A stretch of 64,000 nucleotides of DNA, from positions 1-64,000 of the IMG/VR virus record IMGVR_UViG_3300048672_000475. One strand, 5' to 3'. The translations under genes and the position numbers were made by a program. The stretch is from a virus. This document shows, in pieces, positions 21,187 to 29,650 of this stretch. Position 1 is the stretch's first letter. Each line of letters starts with the position of its first letter. Under the pieces are notes generated by a model. It did no database searches and was not told the origin of the DNA. It worked only from the letters and a program-made list of their open reading frames with translations.

Positions 21187-22393
21187 TTTTCCTCCTCCAG
21201 TAGATGTCCAAAATTGTCGCGTAGCTCTTTAATATAAGCGTCTGGCAATTCATTTTTGCGTATTCTGGTCCCTAGGCGATTTATAATTTCTACGGCCTCC
21301 TGGTGCCATTTACAAGCAAGTACTTCCGCCTCATGTTGCTCAAGTATTTCCGGTGTGGCTAATATGGCAATCGGGCGAATGCCGAAAGCAATGTCCCCTA
21401 CCTGCAGTCCTGTATCTTTTCTGAACCTCTTAGTTTTTGTAACTACTTGGGTGCGCGTTACTTTAGTCACTATATGCAGCTCATAAGTAGGTCTTAGCCC
21501 TGTCCAATAGGTCCCCACCACCGGCGTTGCTATTTTGTCGCCCTCTTTTACGTCCGCTAGCCCCACCATTAGAGTTTCACCTCAAAATATTCGGCACTTC
21601 CGACGTCTCGGTGCGTGGTAATCAGGTCATCGATAAGCGCGTCCCAGTAGATATTCGGCGCCTGTATCAGTAACATCGCATCCGCTTCATCCACAACTAC
21701 TCGGCATAAATGCCCGTCTCTGACTTGGGATACCAGATAGCGTGAACCTTTGTGGTACACGCGGCTTTTGTCTGTTCTGGCTAATATTTCGGGCATTACA
21801 CACCTCCCAAACGGCTGTATACCTGCACCCACAACATCGCGATTATGCTTAAGATGGCTACTATCCGCCATGCGTTCAGCTTTTTGGGGAGGTCGGTATT
21901 CGTATCGTATTCGGCAAAATACTTATCCTTCCAGCTTTCGGCTTCTGCGTACGCCCGGTCGCGGCTTCGCGCCGCTTTATTTTCCATTTCGATTGCCGTT
22001 TCTACCCGCAGCTCTGCGGCTTCCAAGAACGGTTCTACGTCATCCCACCGAACCCACTCCCCGGAGTCGCATTGTTCCATGGGCCCGAATTTTAAGAAGC
22101 CCTGGTTGTACAGCTTTACGCCGTATTCTTTCGCATATGTAGTTTTCATTTTAGTACTCGTCCAATTCTTCCAGTTTTTGATCGTACCCGGCTACCACGT
22201 CGCTAAGTTGGTCTAGCGGTAGGGAGAGGTGATTTAGCAAGCGGCCTATGATTTCCTCTAGCGCTTCGACTTTATATCGTAGGGTTTCTAAGCTACCCTC
22301 ACCGTAAATCCGGTCCATATGATACGAGAAATACTGCTCTGGACTTTCAAAGGCGGGGCGACTTAAATACATTTCGCAAGACGTGAATTTCAT
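21183..22393 (-). CDS. Four small hypothetical genes (21183-21569, 21569-21796, 21796-22149, 22151-22393)
   Basis: Coupled ORFs behind their own promoter. Confidence 0.6.
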
Positions 22394-22432
22394 TTTGTTT
22401 CCTCTTCGGTGATTGTTGATAGTTCGGAGCTG

Positions 22433-22461
22433 ATACTACAGCCCCGAAGACTATGTGTCAA
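22433..22461 (-). promoter_or_regulatory. sigma70-type promoter
   Basis: GCAC-TTGACA-17-TAGTAT. Confidence 0.75.
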
Positions 22462-22464
22462 GTG

Positions 22465-23820
22465 CTATTTATGGTATCTGTAAGATTCTTTTCCTTCCGC
22501 TGCGAGGGGCAGACCTTCCGCCCAATCCGGCACTACGGACATCAATTCGCAAAGCCTTTTTACTGAATAAGTGGGGGCGTCTGGAACTTCTGTTACCAGC
22601 TCATCGTGTACCTTCAAAACGATGTCGTAGTTCTCTTTCGAGGCCAGTACTTCACCGTGCTTGAATACATCCCTAGCGCCCGCCTGGGTGCAATTTTCAG
22701 CGATTTTTCCAGCCCCTGTCATAATATCGCCCCATTGTTTACTGAACTGGTTTATGCCTCTGAACACCAGTTTTCCTGACTGCGTGCTGTCGTCTTCTTC
22801 AACGATATCGCCGTTTTCGTCGAAATCACCTTTCTTTTTGGTTTTTCCTATTCGCATGCCAGGGTATGGGATTACTCTCCCGCTTGGTAAAACAATTAGA
22901 ACCCATTTCCCCTTGCGGACCGCTTTGCATTTTCCAAACGGGAACGGCACGTTAGGCACCTCCACCGCGTATCTCATCGCTTGTTCAGCGTCTTTCCAAA
23001 ACTTACAGATCGCTGGGTGCTCTTTACGCCATTGTCGTTTCAAGCAGTCTATCGCTACGAAAACGTCTTTCGACATCCCAAAAGTTTTCTTTGGCTCGTA
23101 GAAATCTTCCCAAGAGCAAAATGAGTCGTCACTTTTTTCTGCTTTGTTTTCCGCCTCTTTGCGATCCATTCCGTCTAACCACTCGTAAAACTTCTCGGCT
23201 TCGCTTATAATCTCTGGATTGGCGTACGGAAGAACCGTATCCGGAAGCGTATTCAGGTCTATCTTATTTGCGAAAGCAAGAAACGCGCCAACTCCACCTT
23301 GGAACCCGAAAGCCAATTCCATCACCTTGCCTATGGACCTCTCCTTATCCCCTATAGCGTCAATGGACATACGGAAAGCCTTTGCGAAAGCTGCGACGTA
23401 TAAATCCGGCCCCTCACGTTTCGGTTTCCCTTTACTATCAAATACCCGATTTCCGTTTTCATCCAGAATGAAAGTGTCGTATTTCTTAAAGGCTTCTAAC
23501 TTCCATTTTTCGCCGGCCAACCAAGCTAAAAAACGGCCTTCGATGTTGGCTAAATCAGCCACAACCAATTTCTTCCCCTCTGGTGCGCAGATAGCGTATC
23601 GCAGGGCGCTGCTGCACAATTCCATCGTGTCGTACCCCAATAAATCTTGTACGCCATTCTTTACAGCGTCAATTCCGGGTATAATGTCGGCTTCTTCAAG
23701 GGTTGGTCTTGGAAAATTCTGTGGCTGTACGATTCGCCCACAATTAGATACCACGACCCCATTGGCAGTGAATCGGTGCCTAGGCCCCGCGTTTATAATG
23801 TCATAGACCTTGGCCCTCAT
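22465..23820 (-). CDS. polA: Family A DNA polymerase C-terminal part, preceded by 26-aa IntC
   Basis: MRAKVYDI..AGPRHRFTANGVVVSN|C, then motif A VVADLANIEGR, motif B RSIGKVMELAFGF, motif C VHDE. Confidence 0.93.
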   Translation of the reverse strand: MRAKVYDIINAGPRHRFTANGVVVSNCGRIVQPQNFPRPTLEEADIIPGIDAVKNGVQDLLGYDTMELCSSALRYAICAPEGKKLVVADLANIEGRFLAWLAGEKWKLEAFKKYDTFILDENGNRVFDSKGKPKREGPDLYVAAFAKAFRMSIDAIGDKERSIGKVMELAFGFQGGVGAFLAFANKIDLNTLPDTVLPYANPEIISEAEKFYEWLDGMDRKEAENKAEKSDDSFCSWEDFYEPKKTFGMSKDVFVAIDCLKRQWRKEHPAICKFWKDAEQAMRYAVEVPNVPFPFGKCKAVRKGKWVLIVLPSGRVIPYPGMRIGKTKKKGDFDENGDIVEEDDSTQSGKLVFRGINQFSKQWGDIMTGAGKIAENCTQAGARDVFKHGEVLASKENYDIVLKVHDELVTEVPDAPTYSVKRLCELMSVVPDWAEGLPLAAEGKESYRYHK

Positions 23821-24755
23821 TTCTCTCTCCGCTTCATGCCTTTAGCGTCTATCGTCTTCATAAGAGATTCCTTTCTAGCGTCTATGTGGGCCCGATACCG
23901 AATAGGGTCTTTTCTAAGTTCTTCCCAAAACTTTTTCACACCCTTGCTGGCCGCAGCTTTTTGAACCTCTCTATCTATTTTTTTCCTAGCGTTCGCGATA
24001 AGTTCCGCGTTTTTAGCTTTTAGCTCTGGGTCGTTCGCCAACGTATTCTTTAGGGACTCGCCTATCTTCTTGCCTATTTCTTTTATTTCCTCTTCGGATC
24101 TACCCGCCCAGATTTTAGTAGTGGCTCTAGCATGGGATAAGTGTATGCCTTTGTGCTTGGCTAGTAATCTTTCCTTCAGAGGTCTAGCTGCCAATTCATC
24201 TCGTTTAGCCTGCTTCGCCCCCGTTGTTGTGTTTACCTTCATAGCGCAGCGCAAAGCACGCATCGCTATTTTGTACGCTTCTCTGGGGTTTTCTTTTTGC
24301 CATTTCTGTCCTCTTTTTGGCAAATGGGCATGTGCCTCTGGGCCTCTAGCTTGTTGAGCATCGCAAAGTCTTTGAATGTACGCAGCTCTAGCTTCAGGGT
24401 CTTCATCTAAACTACTCCAAAACAACCTAGCGGCTTCACTTTGAGCTATTTTTCCTAAACCACCGGATACCACGTTATACAAGTTATCTAGTCCGTGTTG
24501 TGCGATATGCTTTCTTTCCGCCTCACTAGCAATGCCCCTATCCGGGCACTCTTCTAAGATTTCTACTGTGAAAGCGTCTGGGCCAAAATGCAGTATAGCC
24601 TTATAAAAAGGCTTATCCGCGTATTTAGGAATTAGCGCCCTTCTCTTGTGATACCCCCACCTTTCAGCTATCGGCATAGATGTAACGCCTATATACGCGA
24701 TGTTATCGGGCGCCGTTATTTTATAAATTAAGTGTTTTTTGGTGTAGATTCCCAT
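23817..24755 (-). CDS. Free-standing GIY-YIG homing endonuclease
   Basis: LIY-x10-YIG with conserved R, E and LYN; separate frame between the pol halves. Confidence 0.85.
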   Translation of the reverse strand: MGIYTKKHLIYKITAPDNIAYIGVTSMPIAERWGYHKRRALIPKYADKPFYKAILHFGPDAFTVEILEECPDRGIASEAERKHIAQHGLDNLYNVVSGGLGKIAQSEAARLFWSSLDEDPEARAAYIQRLCDAQQARGPEAHAHLPKRGQKWQKENPREAYKIAMRALRCAMKVNTTTGAKQAKRDELAARPLKERLLAKHKGIHLSHARATTKIWAGRSEEEIKEIGKKIGESLKNTLANDPELKAKNAELIANARKKIDREVQKAAASKGVKKFWEELRKDPIRYRAHIDARKESLMKTIDAKGMKRREK

Positions 24756-25999
24756 AACTTTAAACTCCCCAGTTTAGCTTCAAATAGATGGCAAGATTTT
24801 CCACCTTCTAAATATACCACATGATCTGGGGTGGCGCAAATCCCGCCGTACTCAACGACATCTTGTTCGCCTTTACATACTACGCCTTCGTGCGGCACCC
24901 ATTCGATGCCGTCCCATACGCTATCCGAGATAAGCACGCTCTCTATCGGCTTCTCGATGACCTCCCCCGCTGCCGTTTTTACAGCAATCAATGTTCCTTC
25001 TGCGAGGCAGTCCCTAGAGGTTCTGGACGCGCCGGCGTATTGGATAGTCCCCTTTACGCGGTCTCCAGCGCAGATCGCTTTTTGAAATCGCTTGTATTTG
25101 GCGGTAGATGAAGTGCAAGTGGATAGCCTGACCTCCAGTAGTTCTCTAAGATTCTCTGGGAGTTCGTCGTCTTTAATCAGCTTTTCTAACGTAGCTTTTT
25201 GTAGGTTTGGAAGTTCTATTCCAAAAGCCGAAAACACGTACTTGAGAACGGCATCGCGCTGGGACGCGGCTTTAACCTCGTTTTCCGTTATTTCCTGGGT
25301 ACGCGCCGCCAGATGCTTTTTCTCGATTTCTATTTCCCGAACGGAGGCATCAACAAACTCCATGTCGACATACAGGCCTCGGTCGTTAATCTCCTGATCC
25401 AGAAACCACAACTCCAGCTCGTTCTCGCGCGGGTAGTTCCACTTTGGCAGCTTCTTGGTAATCTCGCGCATGGCTGCGGTATCGGTAATGGCGTACTCTT
25501 TATACCGCTCCCACTCTTCGGGGTGTGTAAAAGGGGTTTTCCATTCGATAGAACCGTCTTTTTTCTTTTGCGGCTTGCAGAACAGCATCATTAGCCGCTT
25601 GCCGTCTTTGATCTTCCGCGCATCTTCACGGATGTTCAAAACTTCGCCACACTTTTCTAGGCTTCCTGGCAAGGCATGCGAGAGTGCTTGTGCCATCGAG
25701 CAGCGAAAACGCCGAATAGGCATATCCAGCTTGAGGCAATGGCGTAGGATTAGCCGGTCGAACTGAGCATTATGGAACGTCCAAATATACGAAGGGTTGT
25801 GAAGGTATTCATGTAAATCCTCCGGCATCGGTTCACCAGAATGCTTATCCCAAAGCTTCACTTCACCGTCGCCAAGTGCGTAGCTGAACAATTGCAGGTG
25901 GGTACTGGGATCTTCTGCGTACCTGTAGCCGCCACACGTTTTGAGGTCAATGAGTGAGCCGGTTTCGGTATCACCCCAGCACATAGGAAAATCGGTCAT
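24728..25999 (-). CDS. polA: Family A DNA polymerase N-terminal part (3'-5' exonuclease), followed by 93-aa IntN
   Basis: DTET, HNAQFDR, YAITD exonuclease motifs; RTSRD|CLAEGT...TPDH intein blocks A and B (25009-24731). Confidence 0.93.
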   Translation of the reverse strand: MTDFPMCWGDTETGSLIDLKTCGGYRYAEDPSTHLQLFSYALGDGEVKLWDKHSGEPMPEDLHEYLHNPSYIWTFHNAQFDRLILRHCLKLDMPIRRFRCSMAQALSHALPGSLEKCGEVLNIREDARKIKDGKRLMMLFCKPQKKKDGSIEWKTPFTHPEEWERYKEYAITDTAAMREITKKLPKWNYPRENELELWFLDQEINDRGLYVDMEFVDASVREIEIEKKHLAARTQEITENEVKAASQRDAVLKYVFSAFGIELPNLQKATLEKLIKDDELPENLRELLEVRLSTCTSSTAKYKRFQKAICAGDRVKGTIQYAGASRTSRDCLAEGTLIAVKTAAGEVIEKPIESVLISDSVWDGIEWVPHEGVVCKGEQDVVEYGGICATPDHVVYLEGGKSCHLFEAKLGSLKLWESTPKNT

Positions 26000-26259
26000 A
26001 ATTCGCCGTTCTCCAGTACGCGTACCGAAATTGTTTTTTCGATATCAATCGGCCTAAGGTTTAGCGTCGAGAAATATTCCGGGAGGACCATTCGGGTCGT
26101 AGCCTCTTCTAAATTGGCTACAAAATTGATGTACGCGGGACGGTCCAGCTCATCTACCCGGTACTGCAGGTACCGTCCTGTTAGGCTATCTTGCCATACC
26201 CGGCTGCGGTATTGGTACGTGCGCATTTTAGTTCTCTAGTTCAAAATTAAAAGGCGCGG

Positions 26260-26460
26260 TTACTCGTCACCGGACTGTAAGAACCACCGTGTGCCCGTTC
26301 CGCCGCATAGCGAACACGTTTGCTTTGTTCTATTGCGGCACAGATCGCCGAAACCTAACTCCGACCAACGCCATCCTCTGCCGGAGCAGGTCTTACATAG
26401 CTGCGGCACTCGTGCCGCTTCACCCGGCTCAATTATTTCTTCTACGTTATCTACTCGCAT
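26260..26460 (-). CDS. Small DnaJ-type Zn-finger protein
   Basis: Two CxxCxGxG motifs; AACTGGAG RBS. Confidence 0.7.
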   Translation of the reverse strand: MRVDNVEEIIEPGEAARVPQLCKTCSGRGWRWSELGFGDLCRNRTKQTCSLCGGTGTRWFLQSGDE

Positions 26461-26480
26461 TTCATTTCTCCAGTTAGTAT

Positions 26481-26600
26481 TGGTGCGCCTGCTGGGAATC
26501 GAACCCAGGTACTCGCCTGAAATAAGGAACCTATCCGCAATTTGCGGCTCCGAGTAGTTCTCTACTCACGTTTCGCGCTCTACCGTTGAGCTACAGGCGC
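26481..26600 (-). ncRNA. tRNA-like RNA with expanded, non-canonical anticodon domain
   Basis: GCGCCTG/CAGGCGC-A-CCA acceptor, GCTC-AACGGTA-GAGC D arm, CTGGG-TTCGATT-CCCAG T arm; 68 nt between D and T arms. Confidence 0.8.
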
Positions 26601-26601
26601 T

Positions 26602-26633
26602 ATAAAATACTCCCGACCCTAAAGCCGGGAGTA
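26602..26633 (-). terminator. Terminator-like hairpin after SSB gene
   Basis: TACTCCCGGC..GTCGGGAGTA-TTTTAT. Confidence 0.55.
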
Positions 26634-26642
26634 GCGTACCTA

Positions 26643-27203
26643 TTACAACAAATCGTCGTCGTCGAAATCCGATCCAAGATCGTCCAAGCCATCCGCAGTG
26701 GCTGGCGCCGCACCGCCGAAAGATTCTCCGTCTTTGACGAACTGGACGGTAACCAGTGTTGCTCGGATAGCGTTACCGTAGCTATTTGATTGCGCCCAGA
26801 TTTCAACAATACCGTTAACCCAAGCCCCGGAATAGATTTTTCCATCTTTAGCCGATAATGGGTTTCTGTTTCTGTCCACTACCATTGGTCGACCATCATC
26901 CTGATTACGTGTAGCCGTCAGCGCCCAATTACCGGCATAGCCGTTGTATGTACGGCGGTTACCGTCAATGAAGCAGCAGGCTTTTTTGTCGATGAGGATC
27001 TCAGGCAGCAATACGTCTGCCTTAGCGCCCCATTTAGCTTTCGCCACCTCTTTAATCGCGGCATCGATTTCCGCTTTGCAAGGGTTGTCTGGCGCGATCA
27101 GAAACGTTGATCTGTACTGGAACGGGCCTTGGTTTTTGTACTGGGTAGCTTCAAATACGTCTGGAAATGCCAAACGCGCATTTTTGATAATGATTCTTGC
27201 CAT
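26643..27203 (-). CDS. DUF2815-type ssDNA-binding protein
   Basis: RLAFPDVF, IYSGAWVN, VQFVKDGESFGG, acidic tail. Confidence 0.88.
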   Translation of the reverse strand: MARIIIKNARLAFPDVFEATQYKNQGPFQYRSTFLIAPDNPCKAEIDAAIKEVAKAKWGAKADVLLPEILIDKKACCFIDGNRRTYNGYAGNWALTATRNQDDGRPMVVDRNRNPLSAKDGKIYSGAWVNGIVEIWAQSNSYGNAIRATLVTVQFVKDGESFGGAAPATADGLDDLGSDFDDDDLL

Positions 27204-27215
27204 TTTATTTCTCCG

Positions 27216-28595
27216 TTAAATTAAGTCGTCCAACGTGACGTTGGAATAATCAGGTAGTTTTGCGATTTGCTCCCCATAGGGATCAAAACTCTCTCGTTTG
27301 TCGCCCATCGGAGCGACGACCAGCTTGCCTTCTGGCCGCGTAATCAGTTCTTCTAACTGCCTCCACTTCTTAGGACTTTGCGCCCTAATCAGCTTCTCGG
27401 CTGTAGGAACCGATATAACGGATTTGTCGTACATCTCATCGACTTTAAACTTCATCCGTTTTAAAGCGGCCTCAGCGTCTTGCTCGGACGTCCACTTCCG
27501 GTTTCCTTGCCGACCGCGCACGATTTTGTAATGCGGCGTTTTGTGCCCATTCAACATATCGTGCATCATGCGGTCTTCGATACCTTCCGCCCACATCTTG
27601 ATCTTCTTCGTTACGCCGTACAGCTTAACCAGCGTTTCAAAGTCCACCTCGGTAATGCGTAGCAGCGCGGCATCCATTTCAGCATCCAGATTGGTCAACC
27701 CGTCCGCTGTTGCTGGCGCAATCTGCATGTCGGATAAACACTCATTTTGCAACGCGGGGCAGGCCGCCTTCGCCTTGCACCACGTACAGCCTTTTTCCGA
27801 TGGTCTTAAATACATACCCGCCCATTCGTCAAAAGTGCCTGGATTATCTGACATCCAGTCGTGGTCGTTTAGCTTCGCTATCGCTTCCTCGGCCTTGGCG
27901 ACCGCCGCCTTAGCTTCCTCCGCAAACTCAAACAATCTAGCCGGTGTGGTAATCCACGGCGGGTCTTGTGTTGAAGTTCGCGGCTGGAGGATCTGCAAAT
28001 CAATGTTTTCGAGTTCGCCCAGGTCTATCAGGTAGTCGAACTCGAACAGCGCGCCTAAGGCGTACAGCATCATTTGCATGTTTTCGACCGGGGATACCGG
28101 CTTGAATCCATACTTCAAATCCCGTACTTTGAGCGTTTTACCGTCATTGCTGACGATAATCGCGTCGCCTGTACCGAACGCACCGGGGTCGCCGATATAG
28201 TCCCCGAAGCGCACCCGCTGTTCAACGAGCAGGGTGCCATCTTTAGCCGCTTCGCTAACCTGATCGATGTAGGTCTGTACGTAGCGCGCCATATCGCGAG
28301 TGACTTCCCACTCGCTCGATAGAACGCTATTTTCAGGTATCGGCGTAAACGAGAATGCTTGATACGCTCGGCCTTCATAGGTATAGCAGACGATGGTTTT
28401 ACCGATATGCTCATCGGCGTCTACTAGGCCAATTAAACACTCCGCCGCTAAAAAATGTGCGGCGGAACCCTCGTCAGCATAAGGAGAATACTTTTCCTCC
28501 TTACCCTGTTCCATTGCTATTTTGCCGGGGCAGTTAAACCAGCCCTCCGCCCCGGAAGCCGAATAGCGATGATGCTGTTCGACTAGCTCGCTCAT
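27216..28595 (-). CDS. DUF2800 PD-(D/E)xK (Cas4-like) exonuclease
   Basis: SASG...CPG, EGSAAH, VEQRV, FGTGD, DLKYG, QMMLYALG, CTWCKAKAACP. Confidence 0.88.
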   Translation of the reverse strand: MSELVEQHHRYSASGAEGWFNCPGKIAMEQGKEEKYSPYADEGSAAHFLAAECLIGLVDADEHIGKTIVCYTYEGRAYQAFSFTPIPENSVLSSEWEVTRDMARYVQTYIDQVSEAAKDGTLLVEQRVRFGDYIGDPGAFGTGDAIIVSNDGKTLKVRDLKYGFKPVSPVENMQMMLYALGALFEFDYLIDLGELENIDLQILQPRTSTQDPPWITTPARLFEFAEEAKAAVAKAEEAIAKLNDHDWMSDNPGTFDEWAGMYLRPSEKGCTWCKAKAACPALQNECLSDMQIAPATADGLTNLDAEMDAALLRITEVDFETLVKLYGVTKKIKMWAEGIEDRMMHDMLNGHKTPHYKIVRGRQGNRKWTSEQDAEAALKRMKFKVDEMYDKSVISVPTAEKLIRAQSPKKWRQLEELITRPEGKLVVAPMGDKRESFDPYGEQIAKLPDYSNVTLDDLI

Positions 28596-29119
28596 AACTT
28601 GCCAGCCGCTTTCAGCAGTTTGCAGCCTTTTTCAAACAGTTCGTCCCATTGATCAGTCGGGATATCTGAGATTTTGTTACCCGCGCCCAATAACTCGACC
28701 ACTTGTTCGCGGCCCAGTTTAGACAGCACGGGCAGCAAATTGGCTTTTGCATACGCCGTATCGCGGGTACCGGCGGGCAACTTAGGCAAATCGTCTGCAG
28801 GTTCATCTTCGCCGCCCAGCAAATCATCATCGTCTTCGTCGACAGTCGAAGCCGCATCTTCGGCCAGAACTTCGGCCATAAGCTCCTTGTCGGTTTTTTC
28901 GGCTACCGGTTTTTCGGCTTTCGGTTCTGGCTTGGTTCGGACTTCCGTTTTCGCCTTGGCTTCTGGCTTAACTTCGGCTTTTGTTTCAGCTACTGCAGGG
29001 ACGGCTACCCCAGTAACGGCGGCAGCGGGATTCATCCCTCTTGCTACCAAAACGGCCAGCGAAGTGGCGATTGTTTGAAGGGCTTTGGTTTGGTCTTGTA
29101 TCGCTTGTTCTAAAGACAT
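28592..29119 (-). CDS. Hypothetical replication-module protein with low-complexity linker
   Basis: First gene of the leftward replication operon; AACTGGAG RBS. Confidence 0.7.
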   Translation of the reverse strand: MSLEQAIQDQTKALQTIATSLAVLVARGMNPAAAVTGVAVPAVAETKAEVKPEAKAKTEVRTKPEPKAEKPVAEKTDKELMAEVLAEDAASTVDEDDDDLLGGEDEPADDLPKLPAGTRDTAYAKANLLPVLSKLGREQVVELLGAGNKISDIPTDQWDELFEKGCKLLKAAGKL

Positions 29120-29181
29120 TTCTGTTCTCCAGTTGGTTGGTGTAAAAATAAAAAAGTGGGTATTCCCACTCGGCGTGAAGA

Positions 29182-29253
29182 TTTATACACGCTAAAAATC
29201 GGTGTGTCAAGTGATAATTTGTATTTGACTAGAGCGCAATATAGTGATAGCTT
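29182..29253. promoter_or_regulatory. Divergent sigma70 promoter pair
   Basis: Minus: TTGACA-17-TATAAA; plus: TTGACT-17-TAGCTT. Confidence 0.65.
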
Positions 29254-29286
29254 CTGCTCCATAATTCCATTCCTGAGGACACGACC

Positions 29287-29580
29287 TTGACAACTAAATA
29301 CGCGCCTATTACCGCTTTATCCAACTGGCTTGCCGTTGCTACCCCGCAAATGAAACAGAAACTAGCCACGCTTGCCGAATCCTCTGAGTGCATGTTTCGC
29401 CAATGGGTAGCGGGCCGAAGAGGCATGTCAGCCGAAAAAGCGGGGCTGGTCGCTGCCGCCACCAATGTTATAGAGGCCGAGTTTGATGCCGCACCTAAAG
29501 CCCTGAAGCGCGGCGAGCTGTGTGACGCATGCCGGAGCTGTGATTACTACAACCAGATTGAGAATTCCGACTTGCTGTAA
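29287..29580 (+). CDS. Cro-like HTH regulator with C-terminal Cys cluster
   Basis: KLATLAESSECMFRQWVAGRR helix-turn-helix; CDACRSC. Confidence 0.65.
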   Translation: MTTKYAPITALSNWLAVATPQMKQKLATLAESSECMFRQWVAGRRGMSAEKAGLVAAATNVIEAEFDAAPKALKRGELCDACRSCDYYNQIENSDLL

Positions 29581-29602
29581 CCGTTAGCTATTGTTGTATG
29601 GC

Positions 29603-29626
29603 TCCCGCGCATCGCGGGATTTTTTG
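29603..29626 (+). terminator. Terminator between HTH and primase genes
   Basis: TCCCGCG-CAT-CGCGGGA-TTTTTT. Confidence 0.65.
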
Positions 29627-29650
29627 TCGGCTCAATAATAAAGACATCAC

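Noticed and set aside
22465-25999. Pseudogenised polA or group I intron
   Set aside because: Both halves end exactly in intein motifs with their own starts, and the ORFs overlap, leaving no obvious room for a ribozyme core
26481-26600. Canonical tRNA gene or attP site
   Set aside because: No 7-nt anticodon loop can be assigned, and no integrase is seen in the window
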